A stretch of 64,000 bases of DNA from contig CAWIFZ010000003.1 in assembly GCA_963835415.1 (NCBI GenBank), positions 221,323 through 285,322 on the forward strand, written 5' to 3'. The notes under the pieces are model-generated. The model saw only the letters and a list, made by a program, of their open reading frames with translations. It was not told the DNA's origin and did no database searches. Every line of letters begins with the position of its first letter. Position 1 is the stretch's first letter. Of this stretch, positions 60,857-64,000 are shown one piece after another. A program made the translations under genes and the position numbers. This DNA comes from an uncultured Actinomycetes bacterium (GTDB taxonomy: Bacteria; Actinomycetota; UBA4738; HRBIN12).

Positions 60857-61956
60857 CAGACCTTCTCCGATCCGCCCGAGCCCAGCAGTCCTCCCGGACG
60901 GAAGATCAGCACCAGGACGAGCACGGCGAACGTCACCACGTCCTTCAGCTGGAACGGCGAGGGCACGCCGATGCCGGTCAGGAGCAGCGCCGGTCCGACC
61001 GATTGCAGGAGGCCGAGGAGGAAGCCTCCGAGCGCGGCGCCGCCGATGCTGCCGATGCCGCCCAGGACGGCGGCGGTGAACGCGGCGATCCCCGGCCGGA
61101 CCCCCATGAAGAAGTTGACCTGCTCGAACGTGAGGGCGAACAGCACGCCCGCGATGCCCGCGAGGATCCCGCCGATCACGAACGTGGTGACCACGATGCG
61201 GTCGACGTCGATGCCCATCAGGCTCGCGATCTCCTGGTCCTCCGCGACCGCGCGCATCGACTTCCCGGTCTTCGTCCTCGAGACGAAGGTCTGCAGGATG
61301 ACCATCGCCACGATCGAGACCACGAAGACGACCACCTCGATCCGCGCGATCTCGGTCCCGAAGATCGTCCACGTCCCCGTGAGGATCTCGGGCTTCGGGT
61401 AGCCGCGCGTCTGCGTCCCGAAGAATCCTCGCGCCGTGTTCTGCAGGAACAGCGACGCGCCGATCGCGGTGATCAACGGCACCAGGCGGGGCGAGTTCCG
61501 GAGCGGTCGATACGCGATCCGTTCGAGCAGGACCGCGATCCCGACGGACGTGATGATCGCCGTGATGAACAGGATGCCCAGCGCCTCGATCGGATGGCGG
61601 TTCATGAAGCCGCTCTCCGTGTAGGCGGCGGCGAAGAAATACGAGCCGAACGCGCCCGCCATGAAGACCTCGCCGTGGGCGAAGTTGATCATGCGGAGGA
61701 TGCCGTACACGAGCGTGTAGCCCAACGCGATGAGGGCGAGGATGGCCCCCTGCGCGATCCCCAGGATCACGAGCTGCTTCCACGCCTCTGCCGAGTAGGC
61801 GTTGGACTGGAGCGTCTTGTACGAACCCCAGATCACGAACACCGTGATCCCGATCGAGAGTGCGACCAGGATCATGCGGCGCCACGGCAATCGGTCGAAC
61901 GCCGACATCCGGACGATGGTCTTCGTGCCTTCGCCCGGAGCAGAAGCGTTCGCCAT
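60856..61956 (-). CDS. livH: Branched-chain amino-acid ABC transporter permease, LivH type
   Basis: 366 aa and intact. The core reads GYTLVYGILRMINFAHGEVFMAGAF, and there is an N-terminal extension of about 70 aa. Confidence 0.9.
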   Translation of the reverse strand: MANASAPGEGTKTIVRMSAFDRLPWRRMILVALSIGITVFVIWGSYKTLQSNAYSAEAWKQLVILGIAQGAILALIALGYTLVYGILRMINFAHGEVFMAGAFGSYFFAAAYTESGFMNRHPIEALGILFITAIITSVGIAVLLERIAYRPLRNSPRLVPLITAIGASLFLQNTARGFFGTQTRGYPKPEILTGTWTIFGTEIARIEVVVFVVSIVAMVILQTFVSRTKTGKSMRAVAEDQEIASLMGIDVDRIVVTTFVIGGILAGIAGVLFALTFEQVNFFMGVRPGIAAFTAAVLGGIGSIGGAALGGFLLGLLQSVGPALLLTGIGVPSPFQLKDVVTFAVLVLVLIFRPGGLLGSGGSEKV

Positions 61957-61987
61957 TCAGCGTCCCCCTACGACCGCCCCGCGTACG

Positions 61988-62024
61988 GAGCCGCGGATGA
62001 GCGGTGCTCGCTCATCCGCGGCTC
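61988..62024 (-). promoter_or_regulatory. Strong intercistronic hairpin (16-bp stem) between the binding-protein gene and livH
   Basis: gagccgcggatgagcg (61988-62003) pairs perfectly with cgctcatccgcggctc (62009-62024) around a 5-nt loop. No U-tract follows. Confidence 0.6.
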
Positions 62025-62061
62025 TCGTGCGCTCTGATCTTCTTCGGCTGTCGCCGTCCCT

Positions 62062-63399
62062 TTAGAGGACGTCGTCCAGCGTCTTGGTCTCACTGAAGAC
62101 CGGGTCCGTGTTGCCCGAGCCACCCTCGACGGGCCAGCCCGGCGCTTCGAAGACGCCGATCGTGACATCGGTGGCACAGTCACCGAGCTCGTTGCACGTG
62201 ATCGTGCCGGTGATGCCCTCCCAGCCGCTCGTCGCGAAGATCGCGTCGCGCAGCGCCTGACGGGGGATCGACAGGGATCCGTCGTCGTTCTCGATCGCCG
62301 TGCTCTTGATCGCCTCGAACAGGATGTTCATGGCGTCGAACGCGTGCGCGTGGAAGACCGACGTCGGATCGGTTCCGAACTCGGTCTTGTAGGCCGGCAG
62401 GAACTCGTTCTTGTAGAAGTCGCCGTTGGCGAACACCGACAGGTCCGGAGACGATGCGAAGACGCCGTTAGCGGCGGCACCGGCCGTCTCGAGGAAGTCG
62501 GTCGCCAAGCAACCGTCGGAACCGATCAGCAGCGTGTCCGGCATGATCTCCGCGGCCTGCTTCGCGATGAGCGCGCACGCCGGGTTGAAGTCCGGGAAGT
62601 ACAACGCTTCCGGGTTGCCCTGCGCGATGCTCGTCAGGAGCGGCTTGAAGTCGGTGTCGGCGCTGTTGATCGCCTCGACCGCCGTGATGGTTCCGCCCGC
62701 CGCCTCGAAGTTCGCGCGGAACGCCGCGGCAAGACCGTCGGCGTACGGGCTCTCGTCGTTGATCGTGGCGGCCGTGGTGAGCCCCTGCTTCGTGTACACG
62801 AAGTCGGACACGATCGCGCCCTGGATCTTGTCGTTGTGCGCGGTGCGCAGGTAGAACGGCTGGTGCGCCTCCTCGGACGTGAGTCCGGGGTTCGTGTTCG
62901 ACGGCGAGATCAAGAGCATGCCCTTGTCGGACAGGATCTTGTCGGCGACGCCGAGCGCGGCGCTCGAGCAGCTCGTGCCGATGACCGCCACGATCGACGG
63001 GTCGGCGGCGAGCGCCGTGGCGCCTGCCTGACCACCCTCGGCCGAGCAGAGGTCGTCCTCGTTGGACAGTTCGACGGTGTGGCCGACGAGCTCGCCGTCC
63101 ATGTTCCCGTCGAGGGTCCCGTCCAGGTAGTCGATGGCCAGCGTGGCGCCATCCTGGCTGTCCTGGCCGAGCGACGCGGTGTCGCCGCTGATGGCCAGCA
63201 GCGTCCCGACGGTGATCGGCGCTCCGGACGGCACCTCGACGCAGCCGAACTCGACCGTGCTGCAGTCGACGCCGCCACCCGAGGCACCTGTCGAACCGCT
63301 GTCGCCACTGGAACCGCCGTCATCGTTGGAACAGGCCGCCCCGATCAGCGTGAGTACGCCGACGAGCGCGAGCAGCCGAAGGATCCGGCGTTGTTTCAT
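62062..63399 (-). CDS. Branched-chain amino-acid ABC transporter substrate-binding lipoprotein (type 1)
   Basis: ATG 63399 is preceded by aaaggggg. Lipobox LIGAAC-S. LivK-like blocks are present (AVIGTSCSSAA, LLISPSNTNPGLT). Confidence 0.9.
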   Translation of the reverse strand: MKQRRILRLLALVGVLTLIGAACSNDDGGSSGDSGSTGASGGGVDCSTVEFGCVEVPSGAPITVGTLLAISGDTASLGQDSQDGATLAIDYLDGTLDGNMDGELVGHTVELSNEDDLCSAEGGQAGATALAADPSIVAVIGTSCSSAALGVADKILSDKGMLLISPSNTNPGLTSEEAHQPFYLRTAHNDKIQGAIVSDFVYTKQGLTTAATINDESPYADGLAAAFRANFEAAGGTITAVEAINSADTDFKPLLTSIAQGNPEALYFPDFNPACALIAKQAAEIMPDTLLIGSDGCLATDFLETAGAAANGVFASSPDLSVFANGDFYKNEFLPAYKTEFGTDPTSVFHAHAFDAMNILFEAIKSTAIENDDGSLSIPRQALRDAIFATSGWEGITGTITCNELGDCATDVTIGVFEAPGWPVEGGSGNTDPVFSETKTLDDVL

Positions 63400-63575
63400 G
63401 TAGCCCCCTTTCGTCCCAATCCTCGGACGATCGCCCTCGGATGCTGGTTGGTACCACAGAACATGGGCCGAGGCCAACCGCCCGTCGGTGCTATGAGCAC
63501 CCCTTGCTGGTCACACTCCGATACGAAACCGGCGACCCTGCGGGATGTTGTCGCCGTCCCGGCCCCGCTCAACGG

Positions 63576-64000
63576 CTACGGGAGGGCCGCCCGGAAGGCC
63601 GCGACCAGCCCGAGCATCCCGGCACGATCCCCATCGAGCAGCTTCGCCATCAGCGCCGTCCCCACGACCGCTCCGTCCGCGAACGTCCCGACCTCGGCGG
63701 CTTGCGCGGGCGTGCCCACCCCCACCCCCACCATCAGGGGGAGGTCGGTGATCGGCCGGAGCCGCTCGATGAGCTGACGGGCGGTCCCGGCGAGCTCATC
63801 TCGAACGCCCGTGACCCCGTAGGTCGCCACGCAATACAGGAAGCCCGTCGACGCCTTCGCGATCCACGCGAGCCGGTCGTCGGACGTGCCCGGCGCCGCG
63901 AGCTGTACCGAGGCGATGCCGTGGTCGGCACAGGCTGCGGTCCAGTCGACGGCCTCGTCGACCGGCAGGTCCGGAACGATGATCCCCGCGACGCCCGAGC
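63576..64000 (-). CDS. trpA: Tryptophan synthase alpha chain, 5' part outside window
   Basis: The frame is open to the window edge. GVAGIIVPDLP and GFLYCVATYGVTG are TrpA signatures. The stop is TAG 63576-63578. Confidence 0.85.
   Translation of the reverse strand, partial: SGVAGIIVPDLPVDEAVDWTAACADHGIASVQLAAPGTSDDRLAWIAKASTGFLYCVATYGVTGVRDELAGTARQLIERLRPITDLPLMVGVGVGTPAQAAEVGTFADGAVVGTALMAKLLDGDRAGMLGLVAAFRAALP

Noticed and set aside
55485-63575. The idea that the DAO-OCD-Liv cluster is a genomic island inserted at the 3' end of tRNA-Leu(CAA)
   Set aside because: I found no duplicate of the tRNA 3' end at the far boundary; only a 7-nt match (tcccggc) occurs near 63555. There is no integrase, and GC looks like that of the rest of the window.

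Overview
This is a 64-kb high-GC segment (about 65-70% by eye) whose gene order looks like a core chromosomal region of Actinomycetota. It carries the full nucleotide-excision-repair set: uvrA 24920-27832, uvrB 33466-35478 and uvrC 21298-23178. It also carries polA, a UvrA paralogue that lacks the UvrB-binding domain, the polA-rpsA-coaE block, a rapZ-gap-pgk-tpiA-apgM block, secG, two tRNA-Leu genes and the 3' part of trpA.

Between these genes lie five ABC-transporter loci: one peptide Opp/Dpp type, two polar-amino-acid type, one ABC-2 exporter and one Liv type. There is also an FTR1 iron permease plus cupredoxin pair, an ArsR-SRPBCC pair and several secreted or lipoprotein genes with propeller-like repeats.

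I found no CRISPR array, transposase, restriction or defence gene set, or secondary-metabolite cluster, and I cannot point to one convincing novel multi-gene system. The observations most worth a second look are:
- A 58-nt duplicate of the 3' half of tRNA-Leu(GAG) bounds a lower-GC 1.9-kb islet that holds an integrase remnant.
- A RecA-independent DNA-damage promoter motif (RecA-NDp / PafBC type) sits 6-7 nt upstream of the start codons of uvrB, uvrC and polA, which implies leaderless transcripts.
- At least 25 frame disruptions are clustered in a subset of genes. They include essential rpsA, and some sit at G/C homopolymers, so assembly error must be separated from real decay.
- Several protein architectures or gene placements are unusual: a two-domain fused solute-binding lipoprotein, a propeller-cupredoxin lipoprotein 2 nt downstream of uvrA, and a 7-repeat secreted protein coupled by a GTGA overlap to an ABC operon.

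All product calls rest on motif recognition in the supplied translations. No database search was possible.
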